From the NCBI GenBank assembly GCA_038087875.1, contig CM075990.1, forward strand, positions 17,114,001 to 17,178,000: a DNA stretch of 64,000 nt, read 5' to 3'. Origin of the DNA: Malacoraja senta. Lineage: Eukaryota. Position numbers and translations under genes: made by a program. Shown here one piece after another: positions 1 through 12,992 of the stretch (the first letter of the stretch is position 1; each line of letters starts with the position of its first letter). The notes below the pieces were generated by a model that searched no databases, was not told where the DNA came from, and was given only the letters and a program-made list of their open reading frames with translations.

Positions 1-1438
1 GACTAGACTACACCAGACTAGACTAGACTAGACTAGACTAGACCAGACAGACAGACCAGACCAGACCAGACCAGACCAGACCAGACCAGACTAGACTAGA
101 CTAGACTAGACTAGACTAGACTACACTAGACTACACTAGAGTAGACTAGACTAGAGTAGACTAGACTACACTAGACTAGACTACACTAGACTAGACTACA
201 CTAGACTAGACCAGACTAGACTAGACTAGACTACACTAGACTAGACTAGACTAGACTAGACTAGACTAGACTACACTAGACTAGACTACACTAGACTAGA
301 CCAGACTAGACTACACCAGACTAGACTAGACTAGACCAGACCAGACCAGACCAGACCAGACCAGACCAGACCAGACCAGACCAGACCAGACCAGACCAGA
401 CCAGAACTAGACTAGACTAGCACTAGACTAGACTAGACTAGAGTAGAGTAGAGTAGAGTAGACTAGAGTAGAGTAGACTAGACTAGAGTAGACTAGACAG
501 TAGACTAGACAGACTAGACTAACTAGACTAGACTACACTAGACTAGACTACACTAGACTAGACTAGACCAGACTAGGACTAGACTAGACTAGACTAGACA
601 GACTACACCAGACTAGACTAGACTAGACTAGACTAGACTAGACTAGACTAGACTAGACTAGACTAGACCAGACTAGACTAGACTAGACTACACTAGACTA
701 GACTACACTAGACTACACTAGACTAGCTAGACTAGACTAGACTACACTAGACTAGACCAGACTAGACTAGACTAGACTAGACTACACTAGACTAGACTAC
801 ACTAGACTAGACCAGACTAGACTAGACTAGACTACACCAGACTAGACTAGACTAGACTAGACTAGACTAGACTAGACCAGACCAGACCAGACCAGACCAG
901 ACCAGACCAGACCAGACTAGACTAGACTAGACTACACTAGACTACACTAGAGTAGAGTAGACTAGACTAGAGTAGACTAGACTAGACTAGACTAGACTAG
1001 ACTAGACTAGACTACACTAGACTAGACTACACTAGACTAGACCAGACTAGACTAGACTAAACTAGACTAGACTACACTAGACTAGACTACACTAGACTAG
1101 ACTAGACTAGACTAGACTACACCAGACTAGACTAGACCAGACTAGACTAGACTAGACTACACTAGACTAGACTAGACTAGACTAGACTAGACCAGACTAG
1201 ACGACTAGACTAGACTAGACTAGACTAGACTAGACTAGACCAGACTAGACTAGACTAGACTACACTAGACTACACTAGACTACACTAGACTAGACTAGAC
1301 TAGACTACACTAGACTACACTAGAGTAGACTAGACTAGACTAGAGTAGACTAGACTAGACTAGACTAGACTAGAGTAGACTAGACTAGACTAGACTAGAC
1401 TAGACTAGACTACACTAGACTAGACTAGACTAGACTAG
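1..1438. repeat. Pentanucleotide satellite (GACTA)n with GACCA/CACTA/GAGTA variants
   Basis: Directly visible 5-bp periodicity over ~1.4 kb, starting before the window. Confidence 0.98.
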
Positions 1439-1619
1439 AGGCTGGAGCCAGCAGTGTCTCTCTGTCACAGCCACAAGCCCCCACACACCAACAATGACAA
1501 CCTCACCCTGCAGATGCTGCAATCTGGAGCCAAACACAAAGTCAGTGCTGGAGTAACTCAGCGGGACAGGCAGCATCTGCTGGAGGAGAAGGGATCTGGA
1601 GTGAAGTTTCGTGTCGAGA

Positions 1620-1819
1620 NNNNNNNNNNNNNNNNNNNNNNNNNNNNNNNNNNNNNNNNNNNNNNNNNNNNNNNNNNNNNNNNNNNNNNNNNNNNNNNNN
1701 NNNNNNNNNNNNNNNNNNNNNNNNNNNNNNNNNNNNNNNNNNNNNNNNNNNNNNNNNNNNNNNNNNNNNNNNNNNNNNNNNNNNNNNNNNNNNNNNNNNN
1801 NNNNNNNNNNNNNNNNNNN
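1620..1819. other. Assembly gap (200 N)
   Basis: Run of N. Confidence 1.
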
Positions 1820-1978
1820 GTTTCCTCTCACATCCCAAAGACGTACTGGTTCATCGGTTTATTGGTCCTCTGTAAATTGCCCTTAGTGTGCAATGACTGG
1901 ATGAGTACGTGGAATAACACAGAACTAGTGTGAGCGGGTGATCGATGGTCAGTGTGGACTTGGTGGGTTTAAGGGCCT

Positions 1979-2765
1979 ACATAGATACATAGATACATAG
2001 AAAATAGGTGCAGCAGTAGGCCATTTGGCCCTTCGAGCCTGCACCGCCATTCAATATGATCATGGCTGATCATCCAACTCAGTATCCTGTACCTGCCTTC
2101 TCTCCATACCCCCTGATCCCCTTAGCCACAAGGGCCACATCTAACTCCCTCTTAAATATAGCCAATGAACTGGCCTCAACTATCCTCTGTGGCAGAGAGT
2201 TCCAGAGATTCACCACTCTCTGTGTGAAAAAGTTTTTCCTCATCTCGGTCTTAAAGGATTTCCCCCTTATCCTTAAGCTGTGACCCCTTGTCCTGGACTT
2301 CCCCAACATCGGGAACAATCTTCCTGCATCTAGCCTGTCCAACCCCATAAGAATTTGTACGTTTCTATAAGATCCCCTCTCAATCTCCTAAATTCTAGCG
2401 AGTATAAGCCAAGTCTATCCAGTCTTTCTTCATATGGAAGTCCTGACATCTCAGGAATCAGTCTGGTGAACCTTCACTGCACTCCCTCTATGGCTATAAT
2501 GTCCTTCCTCAGATTTGGAGACCAAAACTGTACGCAATACTCCAGGTGTGGTCTCACCAAGACCCTGTACAACTGCAGTAGAACATCCCTGCTCCTATAC
2601 TCAAATCCTCTTGCTCTGAAGGCCAACATACCATTCGCTTTCTTCACTGCCTGCTGCACCTGCATGCCTACTTTCAATGACTGGTGTACCATGACACACC
2701 CAGGTCTCGCTGCATCTCCCCATTTCCTAATCGGCCACCATTTAGATAATAGTCTGCCTTCCTGT
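1979..2765 (-). mobile_element. CR1 LINE 3' fragment
   Basis: Minus ORFs MVHQSLKVGMQVQQAVKKANGML...[13 protein letters not shown] and ...NFFTQRVVNLWNSLP match the C-terminus of the CR1 at 45598-49111; 8-bp microsatellite tail at ~1979-2000. Confidence 0.92.
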
Positions 2766-5205
2766 TTGTTTCCATGCTGTATCTCTAAAAATTGAAACCT
2801 AACTTACGGTTCAACTGGCCAGGGCTGCCTGATAGGATCATGTCAGTGGGTGACAACTGGTCCCTTTTCTGCGGAATGAGGTTGATACGATGCAAAAGAA
2901 TTGCCTGATGATGTGGAAACGCATCGGTTGTAATGCCTTTGTGCAACCTCTGGTGCAAATTGATTGGATCCATGGGGAATTTAAAAAGGAACAAAGCTCT
3001 TTAGTTCCTCCTACATGTTGTTGTCAAAATAAGGTGATGGTCTCAAAAATATATCCTGGAAACAGAAGTGAAACTAGGGGCTGCTTTGGAGGAGCAGATG
3101 AATTGTAAGTCAGATGTAAACTGGTGTATATTTTTTCTGAGTGATTCCTTTGGGAGTAATTCTCTCTCGGGTACGATCACATCTTTACTGTGCAAAACAC
3201 AAAGTGGCGATGCTCCACAGATGCTGCCTGATTCTCTCAGTTACTCCAGCACTTTGTGTTTTACTCAGGATTCCAGCATCTGCAGTTCCTTGTGAAAAAA
3301 GCAGGAACGGGGTACTGATTTTAGATGATCAACCATGATCATATTGAATGGCAGTGCTGGCTCGAAGGGCCGAATGGCCTACTCCTGCACCTATTTTTCT
3401 ATATTTCTATAATAGATAATAAATATAAATCAATAATTAATAACGCCAACAGTGCATTACTGGTGCAAAAAACTTGAAGTCCTTTGTGCAACCAAATGTC
3501 TGGTTCACAGTTGAGGTTAGTGTTGTGTGGTGTACAAGAGTCTGATGGTTGTTGGGAAGACATTGTTCTTGAACCTGGTGGTCATGATTTTAAATTGAAA
3601 GTATTTTTTCTGGCCCATTGTTTCGTTTCGTAACCTTGGTTTAAAATTCATCCCTGTATCTCCGAACTCATCCAGGTTTTCTGCAGAATGACCTCCCATT
3701 TGTGGTATTTGTGAAATCATTTATCTTGGTCAGGTGCATTTTGCACAACTGCATTATCTACAAAGTTGCTTAAAATAAACTAACCACAGTTATTTGAGCT
3801 CCTGTTTTCCACTGGGTAGTTCATTTACTCAGCGATGAATTTTGTCCATAGTTCAGAACTCATTTGGACATGCATTTTGCTTTCAGTATCTGACGTAATC
3901 TTTCCTTTCCTGGCCAATCTTTCCATCTCTGACACTTGTCATCCGGGGTGTTCGAGATTTAGCAGCCCAACCCTCGTTTGTTGCGATGGAACATTTATGT
4001 CTCCCTGGCCTCCAAGACTGATTGACCTTCAAGTCACAGGTTCCACTCCACTTGTTCTAAATGACTTCCTATTCCAAATAAAAGTGGCCTCGCCCCAATT
4101 TAGAAATTCTAAGACGACTATTTTGTCTTTTTTTCAATACCAGCTGAAATATGATAACGGTTTCCACACTGATACTCCTTACACCTTTAGTTTATTCGTT
4201 TTTTTTAGTTTTAGAGGTACAGTGTGTAAACAGGCCCTTCCACCCACGTTACCTCACTCACCTTAAATGCCTTATACATATTGTTTCCCCTCTTCATCTA
4301 CTTCCAACGCTGATGGGCACTTTTGCACTGGTACACAATTCAATCTCCCTCCCACTTTTAATGTTAAATGGGAAAGTCATTCGCTTCAGCTTGGCTGCCC
4401 TGCTGTCTGCAATATAACTCCATGCATAGTGCAGAGATGATTCACCTGGATGCAAGCAAGACTGGAGGACTTTAGTTACAATTGGATATGCCAACCCCAG
4501 GAGAATGGGATTGAGAGGGGAAGATAGATCAGCCATGATTGAATGGCGGTGTAGACTTGATGGGCTTAATGGCCTAATTCTGCAGCTATAACTTATGATA
4601 TAGGCCTTGTACAGTTTAAATTGGCTTCATGGCTGGCACAAACATCCTGAGCCAAAGGGACTGTTTCTCTGACAAATGTTCTATGTTCTAGAAGGGTCTA
4701 TTTGTCCCATCGTGCCTGGGCATTGTTTTTTTTTAAAGAATGGCGCACTTTGGCCCAGTTCCCAGCACTGATCTCCGTATGCTGCACCTTGCTGTGTTCC
4801 TAGTTTCACATTGCACTATTGAATCTGCTCTCAGGTAATGCATTCCTGATTACAACAACTAATGTTGTGTTTAAATAAAACGTCTAATTTCCAGCACGCA
4901 CCCTAACTTAGTTCAGTTGCATTCAGTTTATTGCCGCGTGTACCGAGGTACAGTGAAAAGCTTTATTTGTTGCGAGCCATCCAGTTAACAGAAAGATACA
5001 CGATGACGATCAAGCATCCACAGTGCACAGATACTTTCTCTTGCCATGCTTTTAGTTTTCTGTACTTGTTAATCTGGTTATTGCAAATCCCTGCCTGGGG
5101 CTAAAACACTTACTGCCATTAAACCTACATGGGAGAATGGGGAGGGCACAATTAGAATGTTATTTTTGCTCATACAACTTCTGCAAACTTTTCTGATTTA
5201 TTCAG

Positions 5206-5427
5206 GAAGGACAGCCCACATTTAATTCGCTTCTTCTTTTGTCAGCCACGTGACGTGAGTGTGCGTTGGTGGTGAAGGAGACGAGAGCAGTGTTTTTGTG
5301 CTTCGACATGGATTACACGGACAGTTTTGTGATTTGATGGGGAGATGAAGGTGCTGGCGTGTGGAGGACCACGCATCTAAACACTGCGCACTCCAGTGGA
5401 ATTTGAATCGACTGGCATCAGCGACAA
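5206..5427 (+). other. Candidate non-coding 5' UTR exon of WDFY4
   Basis: Non-repetitive segment bounded by ttctgatttattcAG and GTAAGT; the first coding exon starts with ATG right after an acceptor, so an upstream exon is expected. No transcript evidence. Confidence 0.3.
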
Positions 5428-6746
5428 GTAAGTTCCGATACTGAATACTGAAGATAGACACAAAATGCTGGAGTAACTCAGTGGGACAGGCAGCATCTCC
5501 TTCTCTCCAGAAGGGCCTGTTTCTACAGGGTGTATCTCTAAGCTAAACTAAACTATGCTGTACCGTACTATGTTCTAAAACATGCAGAAGTGCTCACTTC
5601 AAATGGGTAAAAGGAACTAAAATAGTACATTCTTCTTCAGAACCCTGAAGAAGAGTCTCAACCCAAAACATCACCCATTCCTTCTCTCCAGAGTTGCTGG
5701 GCTTGAGATGAATGGTGTGGAGGCAGCTGCTTATAGAAGCACTAAAGCGCGGTAGTTTGTGAATATGAAGCATCGGACTGGCTGTCGCTGCTTGTGGAGT
5801 ATGTGGACCACAAGAGCCCATTACCATTTCTCAATCATTGTCACACGGAACTAAAACAGGCCCTTCGGCCCAACTTGTCCATGCTGTCCAAGATGCCCCA
5901 TCTGAGCTCGTCCCATACGCCTGCATATCCATCCAAACCTTCCATATCTATGTATCTGGCCAAATGTCTTTTAAATGTTGTTATTTGACCTGCCTCAACT
6001 ATCTCCTCTGGCAGCTCGTTCTATATACCCACCAACTCTGAGTAAAAAAAGTTGCCCCTCAGGTTCCTATTAAATCCTTCCCCCTCTCACCTAAAACCCA
6101 TGTCCTCGGGATCTTAATTCCTCTACTCTGTGTAGGAGCATGACTCTGTGCCTTCACCCTATCTATTCCCCTCATGATTTTGAGAGGAAAAGAGATTTAA
6201 GATCAGCCCTCATCCTCCTGCACTCCAAGGAATAAAGACTTTGCTGCCCAACCTCTCCCTGTAGCTCAGGCCCTCGTGTGCTGGCAACATCCTTGTAAAT
6301 CTTTACTGGATTCATTCCTGTAATGACATCTTTCCTACAGCAGGGCGACCAAAACTAAACGCACGACATCGGATGCATGGTCTCCCTGCGTAAGCTGGTG
6401 AACATCTGGGGAATCAGCCTGCTTTCCCCACTGCAGTTAGTGGATGTGGTTTCCCACTCGATCATCTCTTGCCAACTTACATTGCAACAGCTTCCTAACC
6501 TGAGGGACACCGTTGTCAGTTGCTACAAGTTGTGTAATAATAGCCAGCGGAAAATGAAACACAGAATTTATGAAGTGAAAAATAGACAGGGCTTGATACG
6601 GCCGGTCCTGTGGCTAGTGTCATATTGGCTCCCATTTTGTTTCTCATAGTTTGGCTTTTCCTGTCTTATTTTCCTTTCTACCTCTCTCAACTTACTGTGC
6701 TTACCCTTGTTTTCAACTTAGCCAATTACCTGACAAACACTTTCTT

Positions 6747-6879
6747 CAGTCTGAAGAAGGGTCTCGACCTGAAACGTCACCCATTCCTTCTCTCCAGAGA
6801 TGCCGCCTGTCCCGCTGAGTTACTCCAGCATTTTGTGTCTACCTTCGATTTAAACCGGCATCTGCAGTTCTTTCCTACG
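6747..6879 (+). mobile_element. Short hammerhead-motif repeat (Penelope-like/retrozyme-like), copy with target duplication
   Basis: CTGAAGA-a-gggtc-tc-gacct-GAAAC-GTC at 6751-6778; flanks caaacactttctt (6734-6746) / caaacaccttctt (6880-6892). Confidence 0.7.
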
Positions 6880-6904
6880 CAAACACCTTCTTTTGTTACA
6901 TCAG

Positions 6905-7078
6905 ATGGAGAGGGATAAGGAAAGACCGAAGCAGCATCTGGAAACCAAGGAACAAATGGACATCAAAGCCATGGAGAGTCTGGAAAGGCAAATCTCCGAT
7001 TACCTGCACTCACTCCCAGCTCTTACACAGGAAGAGAAACAGAAGTCATGGAACAGCCTCATCTCCCTCTTCCTCCAG
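6905..7078 (+). CDS. WDFY4: WDFY4 coding exon 1
   Basis: cAG|ATG MERDKERP...QKSWNSLISLFLQ|GT; resembles human QKSLLSLLPLFLK. Confidence 0.8.
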
Positions 7079-7389
7079 GTACTGGTGATTGGCCGTGCGT
7101 TCCCTTTCTATAGCCCTGCCTGGTTGGGGTTGAGGGCTAACATAAGAGGACATTTTTAGAGTCATAGAATCCTACAGCATGGAAACAGACCCTTCAGCCC
7201 ATCACGCCCATGCTAACCAAGATGCCCCATCCAAGCTGGTTCCATTTGGCCGCATTTGGTGCCACTAAATAAGTAATAGTTATTTACAGCAGGGCAGCAT
7301 AATAAAGGACAACAACTTGGCAGAGAAGGATAATGAGTCAGTACTCAATGGACAAACACAGACCCTGTAATGGTAGCAAGAAGGGAAGT

Positions 7390-7705
7390 TAGACAAGAGG
7401 TGCAGGAGTAGGCCATTCAGCCCTTTGAGCCAGCACCGCCATTCTATGTGATCATGGCTGATCATCCCCAATCAGTACCCCGTTCCTGCCTTCTCCCCAT
7501 ATCCCCTGACTCCGCTATCTTTAAGAGCCCTATCTAGCTCTCTCTTGAAAGTATCCAGAGAACCGGCCTCCATCGCCCTCTGAGGCAGAGAATTCCACAG
7601 ACTCACCACTCTGTGTGAAAAAGTGTTTCCTCATCTCCGTTCTAAATGGCTTACTCCTTATTCTTAAACTGTGGCCCCTGGTTCTGGACTCCCCCAACAT
7701 CGGAA
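7390..7705 (-). mobile_element. CR1 LINE 3' fragment
   Basis: Reverse complement of the CR1 3' end (ggtgcaggagtaggccattc...ctggactcccccaacatcgg). Confidence 0.85.
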
Positions 7706-8251
7706 GTTAACTCATCATCAAGAGTTGCACAGTGATGATGTGAGATGTGATAGAATCTGAAGTATAATTGGAGAATGTGAGAAATAGTGATCGATCAGCC
7801 AGTGATTGTGTCTCTGATCAGAGTCATTGAATGCATCAGGTCTTTCACGATGCTTTAGATCTGAACTATTGGCAGCTGGGGAGAGACGAACACAATAATG
7901 AACAAAGTACTGGAGGAACTCAGCAGGTCAGGCAGCATCTGTGGAGGGAATGGACACATGGTGTTTTGGATTTGGAGTCTTCCTCAGATTCAACCCAAAA
8001 TGTCCACATCCCTCCGCAGATGCTGCCAAACCCGCTGAGTTTCTTCCAGCACTTTTGTTCTTTGCTCAGGATTCCGGTATCTGTAGCTTTTGTGTGGCGA
8101 CAAAGTGCAGACTATTATCTGACAAAGTGCAGACTATTTTTGGGAACCCACTAACCATTGTACAGAGTTTGATTGCTCTGTTGAAAGACACTGTGCTGAG
8201 CTCACTCACTGAGATATTACATAATCCTTTGCACTTTATTTGATGGCGCAG

Positions 8252-8372
8252 ATTTTTGACAATGTCTCAAATAATTGGATGGTGAGGTTCCCAAGCATCC
8301 TCCCGTTCTCCACCGAAGCCTGCAGATTGATGGTGGAAACTATCAACGAGAAGCTTGCTGAAAGATCAGGAG
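8252..8372 (+). CDS. WDFY4: WDFY4 coding exon 2
   Basis: AG|IFDNVSNNWMVRFPSI...LAERSG|GTAAC; phase 0 to 1. Confidence 0.82.
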
Positions 8373-9285
8373 GTAACGCAAATGATGAATACGCTTGTAG
8401 TTATTTAAGTTTCACAGATTCATGGATTATCTATGTGCTGTGTTTGCCAGGGACAAATGTAAATGCCTTGTTCACCCATGGGGTAAGATGCAAGCAGGCG
8501 TGCTTTTAGATATCTCCACCTATAACTCTGCAATCCCCCCCCCCCCCCAAGCATCCTTTCCTCCACAGATGCTGCCTGACCCGATGAGTTACTCCAGCAC
8601 TTTGTGTCCATCTTTGGTCTAAACCAGCATCTGCAGTTCTCTCCATTTCATTTACTCCTTCCTTGTCATCCTTGACCAAGTTCCAGGACACCTGCCTGAA
8701 TATGGTTTTACCTGACATGGTATAAAATGTTGTGTGAGGATTGCTCTTGTGAAGGGAATGAGGATATTTGATGTCAATCAAATTCATACACCGTCTGAAT
8801 CAGAGGATCATAGAAAGGTTTTGGCATGGAAAGAGGCCATTCGGCCCCTCGTGTGTGTGCAAGTCAGCAGAGAGCACACTAGACTAACCTTGACTTCCAG
8901 TATCAGGTCCACAGTCCTGAAGGTCTCGGCACTTCAAATGAGCACCCGGGTACTTAATAAAGTAACTGCAGCACAGTGGTGCAGTTGGCAGAACCACCCC
9001 TTCACAGCACTGGAGACCAGGGATCGATCCTCTGTTGCTTTCTGTGTGGAGTATGTATGTTCTCCCTGTGACCACGCGGGTTTCCTCTGGGTGCTCCGGT
9101 TTCCCCCTCATCCCCAAAACGTGTGGGCTTGTAGATTAATTGCCTCTCTGTAAATTTCCCTTGGTATGTAGGGAATGGATGAGAAAGTGGGATGACTTAG
9201 AACTAGCGTGAATGGGTGATCGATGGTCGGCGTGGACTCGTTGGGCCAAAGGGCCAGTTTCCACGCTGTATCATTCAATCAGCAA

Positions 9286-9412
9286 AGGGCCTGTCCCACT
9301 TGGCCATCATTTGCGCGTAATTTAAGCGTCATCTTTACGCGTCACGACGCGTGCATGGTGCATGGTGACATAGGCAGCGACACGCAAATGACGGCCAAGT
9401 GGGACAGGCCCT
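9286..9412. mobile_element. MITE, Harbinger/PIF-like termini
   Basis: AGGGCCTGTCCCACTTGGCC ... GGCCAAGTGGGACAGGCCCT terminal inverted repeats. Confidence 0.8.
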
Positions 9413-9744
9413 TTAATCTGCCTAGGGTTTCTTCGTGCCTCATGCCTTTTATCTACTGCACAGAATTGTCTTCCTATCTTTAAGGATCTATGTTCGTGAA
9501 CTCCATGGTCTTTCCATTCCCCCGATTCACTCAGTATTCCAACATTTGTTGCATTTTACTTTGCTTGCAGCACTGATTAGTTTGTGTGAGATTCCTCGTT
9601 AAGGAAATTCATTAAGCTTCTCCCTCCTCTAACATAAGTTGTTTACAAAGCATACTGAATTTAGAAGATGTTCATTCAAGTGGTATATTACTTAATAAAA
9701 TTAAAATTCGGAATAAAATTGAGTTGATGACGTTCTTGTGACAG

Positions 9745-9854
9745 ATGAGGCAGCTGTCACGGTCGAGGCATATCTGCGATGGAAACAAGACGAAGGCAAC
9801 AGTGAGGGGTGGAGGTTGCTGCGAACAATACACCTTTTATCAACAGTGGACTCA
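9745..9854 (+). CDS. WDFY4: WDFY4 coding exon 3
   Basis: EAAVTVEAYLRWKQDEGNSEGWRLLRTIHLLSTVDS|GTAAGT; phase 1 to 0. Confidence 0.85.
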
Positions 9855-10226
9855 GTAAGTGGAAGAGTGAACTGACAACCACAAGCTTATTCAAACCATA
9901 CATAATACAGGGAAGTAAGTTTAGAAATACATTTTAGACAGTTCCTGTTAGATTAGAATGTCAATGGGCAATTAGGGTCCCTACCTGAGCGTGCCTGTCC
10001 ATTCCCTCCACAGATGCTGTCTGATCTGTTCAGTTCCTCCAGCACTTTGTGTTTTGCTCAAGATTCTAGCATCTGCAATTCCTTGTGTCTCCTAGATGCC
10101 ATGTATTTCTCCCATATATATCCGGTAGTTTACTTGGTTTTGCCCGAAGACCTAGTTCACTGGAGGACAACAGGACATTGTTTGCAGAGTGGAGAAACTC
10201 AGGCCTAAAACTGGCAATCCCAACCT

Positions 10227-10622
10227 GAAACGTCGCCTGTCCATGTTCTCAGGCGATGCTGCCTGACCCGCTGAGTTACTCCAGCACTCTGTGAAACGTC
10301 ACCTATCCATGTTCTCCACAGATGCTGCCTGACCCGCTGAGTTACTCCAGCACTCTGTGAAACGTCACCTGTCCATGTTCTCCACAGATGCTGCCTGACC
10401 CGCTGAGTTACTCCAGCACTCTGTGAAACGTCACCTATCCATGTTCTCCACAGATGCTGCCTGACCCGCTGAGTTACTCCAACACTCTGTGAAACGTCAC
10501 CTATTCCTTCTCTCCAGAGATGCTGCCTGACCCGCTGAGTTACTCCAGCACTCTGTGAAACGTCACCTATCCATGTTCTCCACAGATGCTGCCTGACCCG
10601 CTGAGTTACTCCAGCACTCTGT
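10227..10622 (+). repeat. 66-bp tandem array (6 units) made from the 3' part of the hammerhead-motif repeat
   Basis: GAAACGTC recurs at 10227, 10293, 10359, 10425, 10491, 10557. Confidence 0.95.
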
Positions 10623-10785
10623 GTCTTTCCTTAAACTAACAATATGGCCTTTCAAGTGTTCAGCTGTGGATTTGGTAATTTTCAATCAGAAAACTCTGGA
10701 GTAATATTCTACACCAGAGGTGGCCGTAAAACCTATATCAACCTCATCAATGCAGTTTTGGGCGAGTGCTAAACTCCTTGAAGGC

Positions 10786-11150
10786 TAACTTCCCATCCAT
10801 TGACTCCATCTACACTTCACGCTGCCTGGGAACAGCAGCCGACACAATCAAAGACATGTCCTACCCCGGTCATTCCTTCTTCTCCCCGCTCCCGTCCGGC
10901 AGAAGGTACAGAAGCTTGAAAGCGCGCACCACCAGACTCAGGAACAGCTTCTTCCCCTCTGTTATCAGGCTTCTGAACGGTCCTTCCATAAGCCAGGGTA
11001 CTGTCCGATTCACCTCTACCCCATTGCGGACATTGGACTCTGGAACTGATGCGCTACAATGCTGAGAACTATATTCTGCACTCTGTATCTTCTCCTTTGC
11101 TCTACCTGGAGTTTGACTTGATTGTATTTATGTACATTTTCATATCTGAT
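10786..11150 (+). mobile_element. Rex1/Babar-like LINE 3' fragment
   Basis: PSIDSIYTSRC...YPGHSFFSPLPSGRRYRSLKARTTRLRNSFFP; near-identical piece at ~42737-42890. Confidence 0.75.
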
Positions 11151-12119
11151 TGGAGAGCATGCTAAATAAGCTTGGTACATGTGGCAATAATGAATCTAAA
11201 CCCAAACCAAACATCAACCTGAGCCAATGTTTTCACCCTCAGATCACAAAAACAGAAGCAGGAATAATCAGGCGGCTGCTCAAATTTGTTTGGTTCTTCT
11301 CTAAAATCATACAATGTAGAACAGTACAGCACAGGGACAGGCCATTCGGCCCACAATGTCTGTGCTGAACATGAAGTTAAACTAACCTTGTCCCTGATGT
11401 GTGTAGGATAGTGTATGCGTGCGGGGATCGCTGGTCGGTGCAGACTCGATGGGCCGAAGGGCCTGTTTCCGTGCTGTATCTCTAAACTAAACTAGTCAAT
11501 CACACACACAGTGGAGGTTTCAAAGAATGGGATGATGTCACACCACATCCGTTTGCAAAATTAAGAAATCCATGTCATAAAATAAAATAACGTCACAGGG
11601 TAAAGTTGGACCAAATGTGTGGCAGGACCATTGATACTGTTAGTGCGTGGCTGGTTGTTACATTTAACACAATCAAATAATCTTCATTGTCAAATGAGTG
11701 GCATGTCAGGCTCCAGGTTTGACCCTCCTGGCTTTTTGCTCCTGCCACAAATGTGCCATCTGTTTTGTTCGAATGTAAGACATGTTGCCAGTCAGCAGGA
11801 GGTGCTGGAAGCTCATGTTTGTTAGACACAAGTGCTCAGATGCTGGGGCCGCCTGTTCAACTAAAGCAGTGTATGGAGGAATCTGCATGCTTGGAACATG
11901 GCATGTGTTGAGGAGGCCAGGCTGTAGGAGTTTTAGTTTTGGAGATACAGCATGCAAACAGGCTCCCCGGCCCACCGGGTCCACGCCGACCAACATTCCC
12001 CCGTACACTAGTTCTAGTAGAAATAGACCAACAAAATATTGTAATGAAGTGTAATCTTAATCTGTAAATCTTTATCCAGAATTTTCAATTTGTATTTCTG
12101 ACTTCCATCATTTGTAATA

Positions 12120-12725
12120 ATAGACAATAGACAATAGGTGCAGGAGTAGGCCATTCGGCCCTTCGAGCCAGCACTGCCATTCAATGTGGTCATGGCTGAT
12201 CATCCCCAATCAGTACCCCGTGCCTGCCTTCTCCCCATACCCCCTGACTCCGCTATTTTTAAGAGTCCTATCTAGCTCTCTCTTGAAAGCATCCAGAGAA
12301 CCGGCCTCCACCGCCCTCTGAGGCAGAGAATTCCACAGACTCACAACTCTCTGTGAGAAAAAGTGTTTCCTCGTCTCCGTTCTAAATGGCTTACCCCTTA
12401 TTCTTAAACTGTGGCCCCTGGTTCTGGACTCCCCCTACATCGGGAACATGTTTCCTGCCTCTAGCGTGTCCAAACCCTTAACAATCTTATATGTTTCAAT
12501 GAGATTCCCTCTCATCCTTCTAAACTCCAGAGTGTACAAGCACAGCTGCTCCATTCTCTCAGCATATGACAGTCCTGCCATCCCGGAAATTAATCTTGTA
12601 AAACCTACGCTGCACTCCCTCAATAGCAAGAATGTCCTTCCTCAAATTAGGGGACCAAAACTGCACACAATACTCCAGGTGTGGTATCGCTAGGGCTCTG
12701 TACAACTGCAGAAGGACTTCTTTGT
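12120..12725 (-). mobile_element. CR1 LINE 3' fragment
   Basis: [12 protein letters not shown] and LYTLEFRRMRG motifs on minus strand; (ctattgt)n tail. Confidence 0.9.
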
Positions 12726-12839
12726 TCCTATAATTTGAGTCCAGTATATGTCCAGTGATTAACAATAACATGAATGCTGTTTTCTTTACCCATGGTTGTA
12801 TACGAAATAAACCGGTCCTATTTTCTACCTCGCTTCCAG

Positions 12840-12992
12840 GAAACACTGAAGAACATGGTGAATACGGGACTTCCCTTAGTTCTTCTAAAATGCATACAGT
12901 TCTTCTTTACTTTTTCACCTGAAAGCGATGCTGAGATAAGGGAAGAGAGAGCCCAAGACAAGAGTACGGTATTCCAAGAAACCATAACCCAT
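12840..12992 (+). CDS. WDFY4: WDFY4 coding exon 4
   Basis: [23 protein letters not shown]...QETITH|GTAAGT. Confidence 0.88.

Noticed and set aside
1430..1933. ORFs spanning the N run
   Set aside because: Artefacts of the assembly gap.
10227..10622. Possible CRISPR array
   Set aside because: Whole units are near-identical, with no variable spacers.
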